Source: Octopus sinensis (lineage: Eukaryota). Taken from it: a stretch of DNA of 64,000 nucleotides. The position numbers and the translations under genes are program-made. The notes under the pieces were generated by a model, which did no database searches, was not told where the DNA came from, and saw nothing but the letters and a program-made list of their open reading frames with translations. Positions within the stretch are counted from its first letter, which is position 1. Every line of letters begins with the position of its first letter. The stretch spans positions 38,936,001 to 39,000,000 of the forward strand of contig NC_042997.1 of NCBI RefSeq assembly GCF_006345805.1, given 5' to 3'. Of this stretch, positions 13,201-26,165 are shown one piece after another.

Positions 13201-13657
13201 CCCACGTAGTCTACATGCGTGTCCAAGGTAGCATTCCAATCCCCCACTAAGAGTAAAGGACGAGACGTTCCCAGAATACTTCTAGACGTCGAAAGAAATC
13301 CGCCCGACCTGTTAAGGGCGGTGCGTAGACTGATACGAGTCGAAAAGCGCACCCATTGCTGCCGTCAACATCCAGAACGATCAGTCTACCCTCCGGGTCT
13401 ACGAATATCGTCTTGACTTCGAGATCCAGGCTCTTGTGAAAAAGTACCGCGGTGCCACTACCGCCCATCCTCGGCAGACAGGGAGCGAAATAAATGTTAA
13501 CTGTCCGCCAAACATGGACTTTAGGGCCCGTGGCTCGTGGAGTCTGGTCTCACTTATGGCTATGATTCCCAAATCATGTGACTTGATGTCATTTAGGAGG
13601 TATCCTTGTTTCCAAGGAGACCCAAGCCACGCGCATTCACACAACCATCTTGACCAT
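10259..13657 (-). CDS. Tx1-like ORF2 (APE endonuclease, reverse transcriptase, C-terminal zinc finger), many frameshifts
   Basis: Pieces in the ORF track match copy 2 (e.g. LLNDIKSHDLGIIAISETRLH, SRSYLDRIL, PGLDGLPYEFY). The ATG at 13657 is homologous to 20437. Confidence 0.85.
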
Positions 13658-13706
13658 GATTCTATTGGGTGTGTGCTTTAAAACACACAAATGAAAGTAC
13701 AGAGAG

Positions 13707-15856
13707 TTACTTACTTGTGTCGAAAGTTTTGGCTTCCTCGTTCTTTGATGTGTCTTCGAGGAGGTTTCTATATAGTTTGGGGACAGATATTCTGGAACCC
13801 CCCTACAGCATTGGGAGAGGGCTTTGAGTTTGTGGTGTTGTGTTTGTGTGATGTGTAGTATTTTGATGTGTTTGGGTGGTGTAGTGCGTGGATGATTGCT
13901 ATTTTTAAAGTCATCTTCACAAATGTTGTGTATCCTGTGATGTACTCCATTAGTTTGGAGTCTTTTGTGTCTATCGCTGATAGCATTGTTTTGTGGTGTT
14001 GGTGCTTGTTTTGTTGTGTATGGAGTTTTCAGGGTTCAGGTATCTCCCTGCTTTGGTTGCGATTTCTTGTTTGGTTTTTCTTGATCTTTTTCTTTTACCC
14101 CCTGTGGCTATTTGCCATTCTGTCGAACTTTCATCGTTAGATGAAAAGTCTGACGAATCAGCAGGGGCAAGGGTAAGGCGTCTGGGTTGTTTGTGCGGTT
14201 GTAGATATTGTTGTGGTGCGCGGGAGGTGTTGCTGGGGGTTTGTTGTGGATATTGTCTCTCCTACATCCTTGCTTCTTCTTCGTTGTTATTCTTGGTGTT
14301 GGAATTGGTTTATTTGTTGTTGGTGGTGATGATTCTGTTCTTGGCGCTGGTGTTGGTGTTGTTTGGTTGGGTTGGTTTGTTCTTTTTGTTTTTCCTGCAT
14401 TTCCGCATACAGCTTCTTGACTAGCTGGTCCATATTGTGGTGTGGGCAATAATCCTGGCTTTTGTGATTTTTCCTGTGGCTGTTGTTTTTGTTGTAATTT
14501 TGCGGCAGATTTGCACTCCTTTTTGAGGTGTGCCTCACTGCCACATGTATAGCATCGTGGCCTTCTGCCCTCGACTACTACGTATAAACTTGCGGCCATC
14601 CTCAAGATGTACGTGGGTGGGGATTTTATTTATGTCCTCTTGACTTATGTGGAAGAGGAACTCTATTCTCTTTCCCAGCCAGTCCTTGTTTTCCGAAACA
14701 CCGATATCTAGGATGTTTATGTCCTCCATTTCGGATGTTACGGCGGATGTAATCCACAGTGTTGTAGTCACTTGGGGGACACCACTGATAATGACTTTCG
14801 TCACCTTCTGGCCGAGGTAACTCGGTGTCAACGTTAGTTCATCAGAATGAAGGGTTATCGTTGAGAATTTCTTCGCCAACTCTTCATTCTGAAAAACCAC
14901 CTGTACGTGTGCGAACTTGTTCGCCCAAGTCACACAATCCTTGTATCCCCAGATGGGGCGTAAGCACTTTTCGACTTTGTCTGTGCTTGCCTTTCTGGAC
15001 TTTTTGTTTTTTTATTTGTGATTTTATATACAATTGTCTTTTTTTTCTCCTCATTCAGTATGTGCTGAGGTATGTGTAAGAGTATTTTTCCGTTTTGATT
15101 TGTAATAAGGTTTCTGCAATCTTTAATCTGTTGTGTAGTAAACGAAACTTTTGTTACCTTTCTTTATCGCCTCGGCGAAGTTTGTTGTTGTTTTGTTATT
15201 TTGTTGTTTACTGTTGATGTTTGATGGCAGGGGTGTGGGTTGTAGGTTTGTGGTTGCTGATTATGCAACTAGCAAGGTTGGAAAATTGCCTGCGTAATTT
15301 AGTCCTGCATTAGCGCAAATTTCGGCATTTCGTTTTGCTTGTCGTCGTTTATTTTTTCACGTGTTGTTGGAAAGTGAGTGAGCGGACATGTTGTTGGTGA
15401 TGGATTGAGCAGTGGTTGAAGGGATTTTGTTGTCGTCGTCGTCGTGTTGTGTTGTTGTTGTTGTGTTTGTTGTTGTTGTTGTTGTGTGTTTTGTTGTTGT
15501 TGTCGTTCTTGGTGACGGCGGTGGTGTTTGTAGATTAGTAGCATTGACGCACGGTCTTTGGTGGCGGTGCTTGTTTATTTTGGTATTGTTATTGTGGCGA
15601 CGTCTTTAGTAGGGATAGCAGTTTTTAGTAGCAGATTCTGCCATGGTGTTGTGGTTGTCGGTGTTGGTGGTGGTGGTGGACTCACTGATGGTGTTGACGG
15701 TGCTTGGCCTTGCGACCTTTGTTTTGTATTTGTTGCTGTTGTCGATGTTGATGGTGGCGGAGTTGTCAGGTTCAGCGTAAGGTAACAGAGCATCCTGTTT
15801 TTCTGCCTCTGCGTCACGTTTGACTTGCCTCTCAGCCTCGTGGTGACCATGGCCAT
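13707..15856 (-). CDS. Tx1-like ORF1 (Thr/Gln-rich N-terminus, CCHC zinc knuckle), frameshifted
   Basis: CYTCGSEAHLKKEC (C-X2-C-X4-H-X4-C). The stop at 13707 is homologous to 20489. Confidence 0.8.
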
Positions 15857-16069
15857 TTTGAAATAAAATGGCTAAATGAAACCACGAAGGCTATGAGAAT
15901 TTTTTCTTTTAATTTTGCCCACAAGGGGCAAAATTTTGTGGAGATTTTTCAAAGGTTTACAGTGGATGTTGTTGCACAACTTTAAACACAAAATATTTCA
16001 CAATAAATAATTTTCAACGTACAAATGACCAACTTAGTGGAGCCCATTTTGACTAGCGTCCGGCCGTCT

Positions 16070-16112
16070 CAGATAGATAGAATAGATAGATAGATAGATA
16101 GATGATAGATAT

Positions 16113-16165
<53 letters not shown>

Positions 16166-16200
16166 TGATAGATAGATAGATAGATATAGCTTGATTGATT

Positions 16201-16233
<33 letters not shown>

Positions 16234-16549
16234 CGTAGATAATGATAGATATTGATTGATTGATGATAGATATAGATAGATAGTAAAATGATAGATAGAT
16301 TGATGAATTGATGATAGATAATAGATAATGATAATAGATAGATGATAGATAGATAGATAGATAATAGGATTGATAGATAGATTAGATGATTGATGATTGA
16401 TTGATAGTATAGAAGATAATGATAGATTGATAGATTGATAGATAGATAGATAGATAGATAATAATAGATAGATAGATAGAGAGATAATAGATAGATAGAT
16501 AGATAGATAGATAGTAGATAGATAACCTCACATACATACATATATAGAT

Positions 16550-16582
<33 letters not shown>

Positions 16583-16609
16583 TGATTGATGATTGATTGA
16601 TAGATAGAT
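16070..16609. repeat. Imperfect (GATA)n spacer between the two Tx1 copies, about 540 bp
   Basis: Direct inspection. Confidence 0.96.
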
Positions 16610-17012
16610 ATGTTTCTTTATTAGCCACACAGGGCTGCACACAGATAGAACAAATTACAAGGTAGAGCTTTTCTTTTGAAGGTTAAAAAATAAAAAATAA
16701 AAATAAAAATAAAAATAGAAAAAATAAATAAAATAAAAAAGGGGGGTCGATCAAAAGGGATCGTAAAAGGAGAGAAAGAGGACAAAAAAAGGGGGGTTAA
16801 AAAAAAAAGGGGAGAGGAAAAATTGATCAATAGGGATCGTTTCACAGAAATGTCATATGAAGTGTAAAGGGGGGACAGGTGAGGTTTACCCGTGGAAAGA
16901 AAAGCCTACGGAAAAGACCACGGTAACCTCGGTCAATGAAGTCACATGTTATATTCTTTTTTTTTTTTTTTTTTTTTGCAAATAAGCAACTCTCTGTATT
17001 AATTTTTACGGT

Positions 17013-20000
17013 TCATAGAATCATAGTCAAGGTGGCTTCGTCATTCATACGTGCCATCCTTGCTACATTCACCCATCTTTTTTTAAAACATTCACTAGAC
17101 AAAACTTGCCTCTCTACTCTCACTTTTTCTTCAAGTGATACTTGAAGAAGTTGATGAGAGATTGACCAGAGAGGAAAGTGTTTGTTGTCTCTAATCCTTT
17201 CAGACGCGTCCACCAGATACATTCTTTCGCCATAGCCACAAGTATGATAAAATAGCTCTTCCTTCCCGTTTGAAGGAAGGAGGCGTGACGATATTAACGA
17301 TAGACTCGGCTGATAAACCGACACGTCCCACACGTGACAGCAGTCGTTCGACATAAGCCCACAGGTGGGAATTGCTGGACACTGCACGATTGCGTGCAGA
17401 GCGGTTTCGTCGCTCTGCCCGCATCTCGGGCAGGTCGGCCCCGTGTTTCTCGAGCCATGCCTATAGAGCTTATCCCGAACGGGTAGCGCTTCTCGGTAGC
17501 ACCGCCAGGCCAGGGATCTCTGGAAGTTGTCCATAGGTCCCGGGCCGAAAGTCGTTTGAAACAGGCGGGTCAGGTATTCCTCGTCGACGCCCAGGTTTGC
17601 CCGAGCTCGTCGTCGTACCTCCCCTCCACTAATCCCCTATAGAATGCTTTGGTTGTGTTGAAGTCACTCAAGGTCGACCCGGGACGGCAGAGTTGCTTGA
17701 GAGCAACGCGACACTCGCGGTGCCATTCGCCCTTCTTCGCCTCTTTTTGATCCACGACTGTAGTTCGGTCATGGAGACGAGTTGCGGGAATGCGTGCCTC
17801 ACAAACGGCGACCACACCTGTTCACCGTCGTCTACATAGAGCCGGAGATGTCGCAGTCTCAGCGCGTGTCTGCGCATCATCAACCACGGCATGCCCAGCC
17901 CTCCTTTTAACGGGTGTTGACAGCAAATGGATCGCCTGACCATCGGGACGCATCCTTTCCACAAGAAGCGGAAGAGGATGCGTTCTAGTTTGGTGATGGT
18001 AGGGTCGGGACAAGGTACGACGGTCAGGCGGTAGTAGATGATGGACGCGATGTACGCGTTCACCACCTCCGCCCGACCTTTTAGGGACAGTTTCCTCTCG
18101 GCCCATTGCTGGGCGAGAGTGACCACCCTACTCGTTATCTCGTTCCAGTTCTTCTCCATTTGGAGGTCCGGACCGAACCAGACCCCGAGCAACTCAACCG
18201 TCTGTCCAGCGTACCACGACGGAGGTACTGGTGGACGGCATGGGTTTGCTTCTCCAGGTGCCGAGCCGCAAGCCCACTGACTTTTCCCGGTTGATTTTTG
18301 CTCCTGTCACCGCTTCGTAGTCTTTCAGTGTCTCGCCGACCCGCTCGATATGCTCGTGGCTTGACACTATGACGGTGACGTCGTCCGCGTATAAGACACG
18401 CTCGTCCCGCATCCTAATTCTCGCGGGATGCCCCTCAGAGTCGCCAGCTTCCGCAGTAGTGGCTCAAGAGTCAATACGTATAGAAGCGCCGAGAGGGGGC
18501 ATCCCTGACGGACCGAACGTGCAATGTCGAAGGGTCTCGATAGATGTCCATTTACGCGAATTACCGAACGGATGCCTCTGTACAAGGCAGCTATCCAGCC
18601 GCGGAAGACGGGACCGAAACCAGCCGCTCTCAGGACTGCCTCCAAGTATCGATGGTCTACCCTATCAAAGGCTTTCGATTGATCCAAGTTGATCAGGGCC
18701 CCACCCATGCCAGGTTCGTTAACTACCCTGTCTATGATGTAGCGCATCAGATGGAGGTTGTCATGGATGCTCCGGCCCGGCACGGCGCACGTTTGTGCGT
18801 TGTCGACCAGTTTCTCCATGACAAGCGCCAACCTCTTGGCTAACACCTTTGTCAAAATTTTCAGGTCTGCATTGAGCAGAGTGATTGGCCTAAAGTTATC
18901 TATAATGTTTCCCTTGTTTGGATCTTTCTTCAGCAGAGTTACAGCTCCTCGACTCACAAAACCGGGTATGCTCCCGTTTTGCTGCCAGTTGCAGTATACC
19001 GCTGCCAAGACGTCTCCAAACAAGTCTGGCATACAATAGTAAAATTCGTAGGGTAGACCATCCAAACCCGGTGATTTGTCCCTCGAGCATTCTGCCATCG
19101 CTTCCCGCACTTCCGCCGCCGTGATGGCACCTTCGCAGCACCCTGCCTTTCTTGTCGAGAGTCGTGGCAGGCTATGTAGGTAGGCACTGAAGTCTACCCT
19201 ACGTTCTTGCCCTCCACTCGTCCCGAACAGTCGGGCAAAATGCTGCTGAAAGGCCTCACCATTTTACTTGGCTCGAGCAATTCGCGCCCCTGTTCATCTA
19301 CCAGTGACCGAATGGTGGCTTTGTTGCCCTGTTGCGCCTCTGCCACCCGGGCCTCTCTCGCGGCTCCAACACCTTCGTTCCTTAGAGCACGCATCCTAGC
19401 TCTGACAGCACATCCTTCGTGTTTGGCGTTGAAGTGTTGGTCGAGGGCCAACCTCGCCGCCAAAACGTCGGATGCGATGCCGCTTCTAATTGCCTCTTCT
19501 AGCTTCTTAACTAGCTCACCCTCTACTCTATTTCTATCTATGGCTAGTGCTTTGCTGTACCTAATCGCTTCTGCTTTTACTGCTCTCTTGAGGGCAAACC
19601 ACCATTTGTTGTTGATGATGGCTCCCGTCAAAGCCCTCTTTACTAGTGTGCTAATCCGGTCTCTGAAAACTTGTCTGGACGGGAATGATGCGTTCAGTTT
19701 CCAGTACCCAGGACCCTGTCTATGTGCCTTATCTAAGTCTAGCGTACACGTCACCAATTTGTGATCCGTGTAGCTGACTGTGTGGAATTGTGGACATCCT
19801 AAGTTATCCTTGTCTACTGTCCTACACAGTATCCTATCTAGATACGATCTCGACGACCCACTGCGGTTGCTCCATGTCCACGTTGGTGCATTTGGGTGGT
19901 CGAGTCGGTACCTGTCAGACAGTTGGAATCGTCTGAGCAGGTCTCTGAGGCATTTGCATCCCCTTCTGTTTCTGTCTCTACCCACGTAGTCTACATGCGT

Positions 20001-20437
20001 GTCCAAGGTAGCATTCCAATCCCCACTAAGAGTAAAGGACGAGACGTTCCCAAGAATACTTCTAGACGTCGAAAGAAATCCGCCCGACCTGTTAAGGGCG
20101 GTGCGTAGACTGATACGAGTCGAAAAGCGCACCCATTGCTGCCGTCAACATCCAGAACGATCAGTCTACCCTCCGGGTCTACGAATATCGTCTTGACTTC
20201 GAGATCCAGGCTCTTGTGAAAAGTACCGCGGTGCCACTACCGCCCATCCTCGGCAGACAGGGAGCGAAATAATGTTAAACTGTCCGCCAAACATGGACTT
20301 TAGGGCCCGTGGCTCGTGGAGTCTGGTCTCACTTATGGCTATGATTCCCAAATCATGTGACTTGATGTCATTTAGGAGGTATCCTTGTTTCCAAGGAGAC
20401 CCAAGCCACGCGCATTCACACAACCAATCTTGACCAT
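17013..20437 (-). CDS. Tx1-like ORF2, about 1140 codons once frameshifts are bridged
   Basis: APE: MVKIGCVNARGL, ISETRLH, GDWNA, SYLDRIL, SYTDH. RT: FRPITLLNADLKIL, LDQSKAFDRVDH, VRQGCPLS, YADDV. Zinc finger: CPRCGQSDETALHAIVQC. Confidence 0.9.
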
Positions 20438-20488
20438 GATTCTATTGGGGTGTGTGCTTTAAAACACACCAAGTGAAAGTACAGAGAG

Positions 20489-22196
20489 TTACTTACTTGT
20501 GTCGAAAGTTTTGGCTTCCTCGTTCTTTGATGTGTCTTCGAGGAGGTTTCTATATAGTTTTTGGGACAGATATTTCTGGAAACCCCCTACAGCATTTGGG
20601 AAGAGGGCTTTGAGTTTGTGGTGTGGTGTTTGTGTGATGTGTAGTATTTTGATGTGTTTGGGTGGTGTAGTGCGTGGATGATTGCTATTTTTTAAGTCAT
20701 CTTCACAAATGTTTGTGTATCCTGTGATGTACTCCATTAGTTTGGAGTCTTTTGTGTCTATCGCTGATAGCATTGTTTTTTGTGGTGTTGGTGCTTGTTT
20801 TGTTGTGTATGGAGTTTTCAGGGTTCAGGTATCTCCCTGCTTTGGTTGCGATTTCTTGTTTGGTTTTTCTTGATCTTTTTCTTTTACCCCCTGTGGCTAT
20901 TTGCCATTCTGTCGAACTTTCATCGTTAGATGAAAGTCTGACGAATCAGCAGGGGGCAAGGGTAAAGCGTCTGGGTGTGTTTGTGCGGTTGTAGATATTG
21001 TTGTGGTGCGCGGGGAGGGTGTTGCTGGGGGGTTTGTTGTGGTTATTGTCTCTCCTACATCCTTGGTGCTTGTCTTCTTCGTTGTTATTCTTGGTGTTGG
21101 AATTGGTTTATTTGTTGTTGGTGGTGATGATTCTGTTCTTGGCGCTGGTGTTGGTGTTGTTTGGTTGGGTTGGTTTGTTCTTTTGTTTTTTCCTGCATTT
21201 CCGCATACAGCTTCTTGACTAGCTGTCCATATTGTGGTGTGGGCAATAATCCTGGCTTTTGTGATTTTCCTGTGGCTGTTGTTGTTGTTGTAATTTTGCG
21301 GCAGATTTGCACTCCTTTTTGAGGTGTGCCTCACTGCCACATGTATAGCATCGTGGCCTTCTGCCCTCGACTACTACGTATAACTTGCGGCCATCCTCAA
21401 GATGTACGTGGGTGGGGATTTTATTTATTCATTTGACTTATGTGGAAGAGGAACTCTATTCTCTTTCCAGCCAGTCCTTGTTTTCCGAAACACCGATATC
21501 TAGGATGTTTATGTCCTCCATTTCGGATGTTACGGCGGATGTAATCCACAGTGTTGTAGTCACTTGGGGGACACCACTGATAATGACTTTCGTCACCTTC
21601 TGGCCGAGGTAACTCGGTGTCAACGTTAGTTCATCAGAATGAAGGGTTATCGTTGAGAATTTCTTCGCCAACTCTTCATTCTGAAAAACCACCTGTACGT
21701 GTGCGAACTTGTTCGCCCAAGTCACACAATCCTTGTATCCCCAGATGGGGCGTAAGCACTTTTCGACTTTGTCTGTGCTTGCCTTTTCTGGACTTTTTGT
21801 TTTTTTTTGTGATTTTATATACAATGTCTTTTTTTTCTCCTCATTCAGTATGTGCTGAGGTATGTGTAAGAGTATTTTTCCGTTTTGATTTGTAATAAGG
21901 TTCTGCAATCTTTAATCTGTTGTGTAGTAAACGAAACTTTTGTTACCTTTTCTTTTATCGCCTCGGCGAAGTTTGTTGTTGTTTTGTTATTGTTGTTACT
22001 GTTGATGTTGATGGCAGGGTGTGGGTTGTAGGTTTGTGGTTGCTGATTATGCAACTAGCAGGGGTGGAAAATTGCCTGCGTAATTTAGTCCTGCATTAGC
22101 GCAAATTTCGGCATTTCGTTTGCTTGTCGTCGTTATTTTTTCACTTGTTGGTGGAGTGAGCAGTGGTTGAAGGGAATTGTTGTTGTCGTCGTCGTC

Positions 22197-22227
<31 letters not shown>

Positions 22228-22581
22228 TATTGTCGTTCTTGGTGACGGCGGTGGTGTTAGTAGTATTAGTAGCATTGACGGCACGGTCTTTGGTGGCGGT
22301 GATGGTGATGTTGGTATTGTTATTGGTGGCGACGTCTTTAGTAGGGATAGCAGTTTTAGTAGCAGATTCTGCCATGGTGTTGTTGTCGGTGGTGGTGGTG
22401 GTGGACTCACTGATGGTGTTGACGGTGCTTGGCCTTGCGACCTTTGTTTTGTATTTGTTGCTGTTGTCGATGTTGATGGTGGCGGAGTTGTCAGGTTCAG
22501 CGTAAGGTAACAGAGCATCCTGTTTTTCTGCTCTGCGTCACGGTTGACTTGCACCTCAGCCTCGTGGTGACCAGTGGCCAT
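20489..22581 (-). CDS. Tx1-like ORF1, about 700 codons once frameshifts are bridged
   Basis: Starts MATGHHEAEVQVNRDAEQK; Thr-rich tract; NFAEAIK; central region VQVVFQNEELAKKF...KVIISGVP; CCHC knuckle; ends TFDTSK* 51 nt before the ORF2 ATG. Confidence 0.82.
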
Positions 22582-22799
22582 TTTGGAAATAAAATGGCTA
22601 AATGAAACCACGAAGGCTATGAGAATTTTTTCTTTTAAATTTTGCCCACAAGGGGCAAAATTTTGTAGATATTTATCAAAGGTTACAGTGGATGTTGTTG
22701 CACAACTTTTAAACACAAAATATTTCACAATAAATAATTTTCAACGTACAAAATGACCAACTTACGTGGAGCCCATTTGACTAGCGTCCGTCGTCCGTC

Positions 22800-22816
22800 A
22801 TAGATAGATAGATGAT

Positions 22817-22883
<67 letters not shown>

Positions 22884-22930
22884 GAGATAGATAGATAGAT
22901 AGATAATAGAAGATAGATATATGGATGATT

Positions 22931-22985
<55 letters not shown>

Positions 22986-22998
22986 TGATTGATTGATT

Positions 22999-23051
<53 letters not shown>

Positions 23052-23196
23052 GAGATTGATTGATGGATTGATAATGATTGATAAAATAGATAGATAGATA
23101 TAGAGATAGTAGATAGATGAGATAGATAGATAATAGATAGATAATAGATAGATAATAGATAGATAGATTGATATGATAGATAGAGGTAGATAGATA

Positions 23197-23261
<65 letters not shown>

Positions 23262-23262
23262 C
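22800..23262. repeat. (GATA)n microsatellite at the 5' end of Tx1 copy 2
   Basis: Direct inspection. Confidence 0.97.
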
Positions 23263-23784
23263 AGAATTCTACAATAAAATACTACTTCATGTGGTTCGCT
23301 AGTTATAATTATTTACACTATGCTTTCACTTGCTACGGTGTAATTTTTGGTTCCAGAGGAGGCGGAAGACCCACTTTGTAGATTATAGTAGACAACATTT
23401 ATGCAAATCTAATAACCAAAATAGTGAAAGAAATTAAACATCCACGCACACACCCTCAGAAAAATAGATTCATGCACGAGTGCAGTAATTTAGCTTGTTA
23501 TTATATATATTTTTTTATATGTAAATATATGTATATATATGTGTGTTTGCATATATGTTGGGTGTACATTTTTGTATATCATAAATTGATACAGAAAGCT
23601 ATATAATGTAGTTGTGACTTAATACAAATTATGAAATGAACCATTTAAACGATGCACGGATCATCAATTCATCTAAAACTTACGCAGTTATATATGATAC
23701 TCGAGAAAATAACATTTATCTTCGTATATTCACGTGTTAAAATATAAGACACCTTATAATATTCTTTAGGTTCAGTCTTATTCC

Positions 23785-24200
23785 TCATCATCATTCATCA
23801 TTGTTCGACCGTGGTCGAGACAATGGAATTTACCATGCTACGCCAGACTTCACGGTCCATCATGGCATTACAGAGGTCCTGTTGCTGGGTGCCTGTATTC
23901 CTGGAGATTACATCAGGGTAGGAGAGTGTGCGCCCTCTGGTATTGCGAGTAGATGGCTTCCAGAGGAGAAGAGTAGAAATTACCTCTTTTTCAGCTCTAC
24001 AACAATGTCCAGCAAACTGGACTCTCCTACCTTTCACAAGAGATGACACAGGTGGTAGTTTTCCATATATTTGCATTTTGGTTGGATGGCGCTTCCACGA
24101 GAGATTTTGAGCTCTCATAAGGAGGCGAGTGTAGGTTCCATCCAACCGCCTCTCAATCTTCTTTGATAACGTCCAGGTTTCTGAGCCATATAGTAACATA
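23785..24200 (-). mobile_element. RTE-like LINE 3' fragment with short (TGA)n tail
   Basis: Intact 133-aa C-terminus LLYGSETWTL...RRVQFAGHCCR...DREVWRSMV*, followed directly by TGA repeats. Confidence 0.82.
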
Positions 24201-24784
24201 TAGTCTTATTCCTACCTAGACTTAAATATTTGACATATATCCGTTCTCACGCGATGAGTAACACCAACGTGGAAGACATCGTTGGTCAAAGCGGTTCTTC
24301 TCTGGAACCAACCAAATATACAATATCGTTGTCATTTTGTACGTCTGCGAGCCCAAAACTTCATACGTGTTTCAACAAATGTCTCATTCCAATTTTGTTG
24401 CCTCTTTTTCGACGTCGGTATAAATGACATCCCTAAACCAATACTGTTTTAGCATTTCGATGAAATACACGACAGTGCAAGATAGATGATCTCCTGATTC
24501 TCAGCATCCCTCGCTGATTTATTGATAATGTGTCATCTAACCAACTGGTGTCTTAGAAACTAACATTAGATATGTCTGCTCTCATCAGCCAATAAATGGC
24601 AGTCAGTTGATCCACCTCCTAGCAAGCTTCTGTCGTACTTGGAAATCGAGAAGCAGTTTTTCACGATATCAATGGTTGGGCATGCAAAAGTTTTAGTGAA
24701 TTTTAAGTGTTTGATTTTTATGTTTGTCTCTGTGTGCGCCTTTTTCTATTAGCACGCTCGTATGTTTGAGTGTTATTTAAACAA

Positions 24785-25256
24785 TTATTTTTGTGTAAGA
24801 ATCACAAATAAAGTGTATAATATACTAAATTGGAGAGATGGATGTAGGTTGTTTAGGAGGACATTGAACTCCTCCAGAGTATTTAGAGTTTCTTTCCAGA
24901 TTATGAAACAATCGTCAAGGTATCTCTTCCATGTCTTTTCAATATAATTTCTAAATTCAGTGTTATAGTTTTCCTCTACTTCTTGGCAGAGATGTTGTTC
25001 TAAATATCTCATTACAGAGTTCGCGTAAACGGGAGCAATTTACAAAGGACACCACCATTACCACAGATATATACTACAAACACACGGACACACATCGATA
25101 TCTGAATTTTAAGTCGTGTCATCCACCACGTACAAAATGCCACATCCCATACTGCTTAGACAAGAGAATTTGTACCATTGTAGAAGATGCGAATATCAGG
25201 AGCAAACGCCTAACAGAAATAAGAGAATTTTTGCTCAAACAAAAATGCCCGTCTCT
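24785..25256. mobile_element. Penelope-like RT fragment with internal inversion
   Basis: Minus strand about 25045 to 24800: IAPVYANSVMRYLE...WKRYLDDCFIIW...LHPSLQF. Plus strand from about 25050: TDIYYK/TDTHRYLNFKSCHP...HIPYCLDKRICTIV (PLE thumb). Confidence 0.85.
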
Positions 25257-25510
25257 ACCTTATTAATCAAGTGAACATATTAGAGGTCAAAATATATACT
25301 AAGAAAGATGTTAATAGGGAAAATCAAAGAAGGAAGATATTCATAGGTTAAGTAGAAGGCGATATTTTATAATATGAAGAGATGTAATTTAGAAGAGTAA
25401 ATTATTCAAATTTCATGGATAGTGAGTTGATATCCCTTCTTTGATTTTCCCTCTTCCATCTTTCTTAGTATATATTTTGACCCCTAATATGTTCACTAGA
25501 TTAATAAGGT
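25257..25510. repeat. Inverted repeat, about 77-bp arms and about 100-nt spacer
   Basis: 25257-25333 pairs with 25435-25510 (ACCTTATTAATC...AAAGAAGG versus its reverse complement), with few mismatches. Confidence 0.85.
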
Positions 25511-26048
25511 TTTTCCCCCAGTTAATCAGTACTATGCCTACTCATAATAATTGATAGCCTCTTTCTCCAAATTTGAATAAATTTTAGATTTATATTTTAT
25601 TCTAACGTGTCAGATTACTTGGAACTTAAAGACCAACTGTTGTGTTGATATGCATAGGGTTTGTAAGGTCTCTGCATTCTCTGTGAACGTTATTGTAACC
25701 ATTTGACTTTGACCTAGTTCTCCTAACGCTGAATCTGTTCATCAAATAGTAGTAATTGGGATTTAGTTGTGACAATGCTGTCTTCTACATAAATTCCTTA
25801 TATGGAGCTATGACATCCCCTTTACCCCATTTCTAAAATTAGAAAATCTTTATTGTCTCTTTTCATTTGTTCTTCCCTCTCAGGACCTTACAGTAGTCAG
25901 GAACAACTGAATCTTAGTCAGTCAGTTGATGGGCTCCACTACCTCAAATGTTCTTAAAATTTAAATCCACGTCTTTGTCTATGTATCTACCTTCTCTATA
26001 ATGTTGCCACTTGATATGAAAAGTTTTGTATTAATGGAAAACCTCTAT

Positions 26049-26139
26049 AATTGGCTGATGAGTGCTCAGCATTTTAAAACTGTTGTAATACTTACAACAT
26101 TTAACAAAATGATGTAGTACGAAACGATCGTACCAAATT
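26049..26139 (+). ncRNA. Type I hammerhead ribozyme motif with canonical core and long stem II
   Basis: AATTGG / CTGATGA / GTGC...GTAC / GAAA / CGATCG / TA / CCAAATT. Cleavage triplet GUA; palindromic stem III ACGATCGT; stem II contains TGTTGTAA-TAC-TTACAACA. Confidence 0.75.
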
Positions 26140-26165
26140 ACCGGAGTCATTCTTGTTGCTTGTTT

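Larger units (their letters stand above)
9863..16069 (-). mobile_element. Tx1/L1-clade non-LTR retrotransposon, apparently full length, copy 1 (about 6.2 kb)
   Basis: Two-ORF layout (CCHC gag-like ORF1; APE-RT-Zn ORF2). Same 5' end (GACGCTAGTCAA) and 3' end (AATAAAGAAACAT) as copy 2. (GATA)n on both sides. Confidence 0.93.
16610..22799 (-). mobile_element. Tx1/L1-clade non-LTR retrotransposon, apparently full length, copy 2 (about 6.2 kb)
   Basis: Colinear with copy 1 over its whole length, differing mostly by single-base indels. (GATA)n on both sides. Confidence 0.94.

Noticed and set aside
22020-22100. Apparent frame break at the same place in ORF1 of both Tx1 copies, suggesting programmed frameshifting
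   Set aside because: The copies differ there (CCAACCTTGCT versus CCACCCCTGCT) and a single lost homopolymer base explains both; there is no slippery-site evidence.
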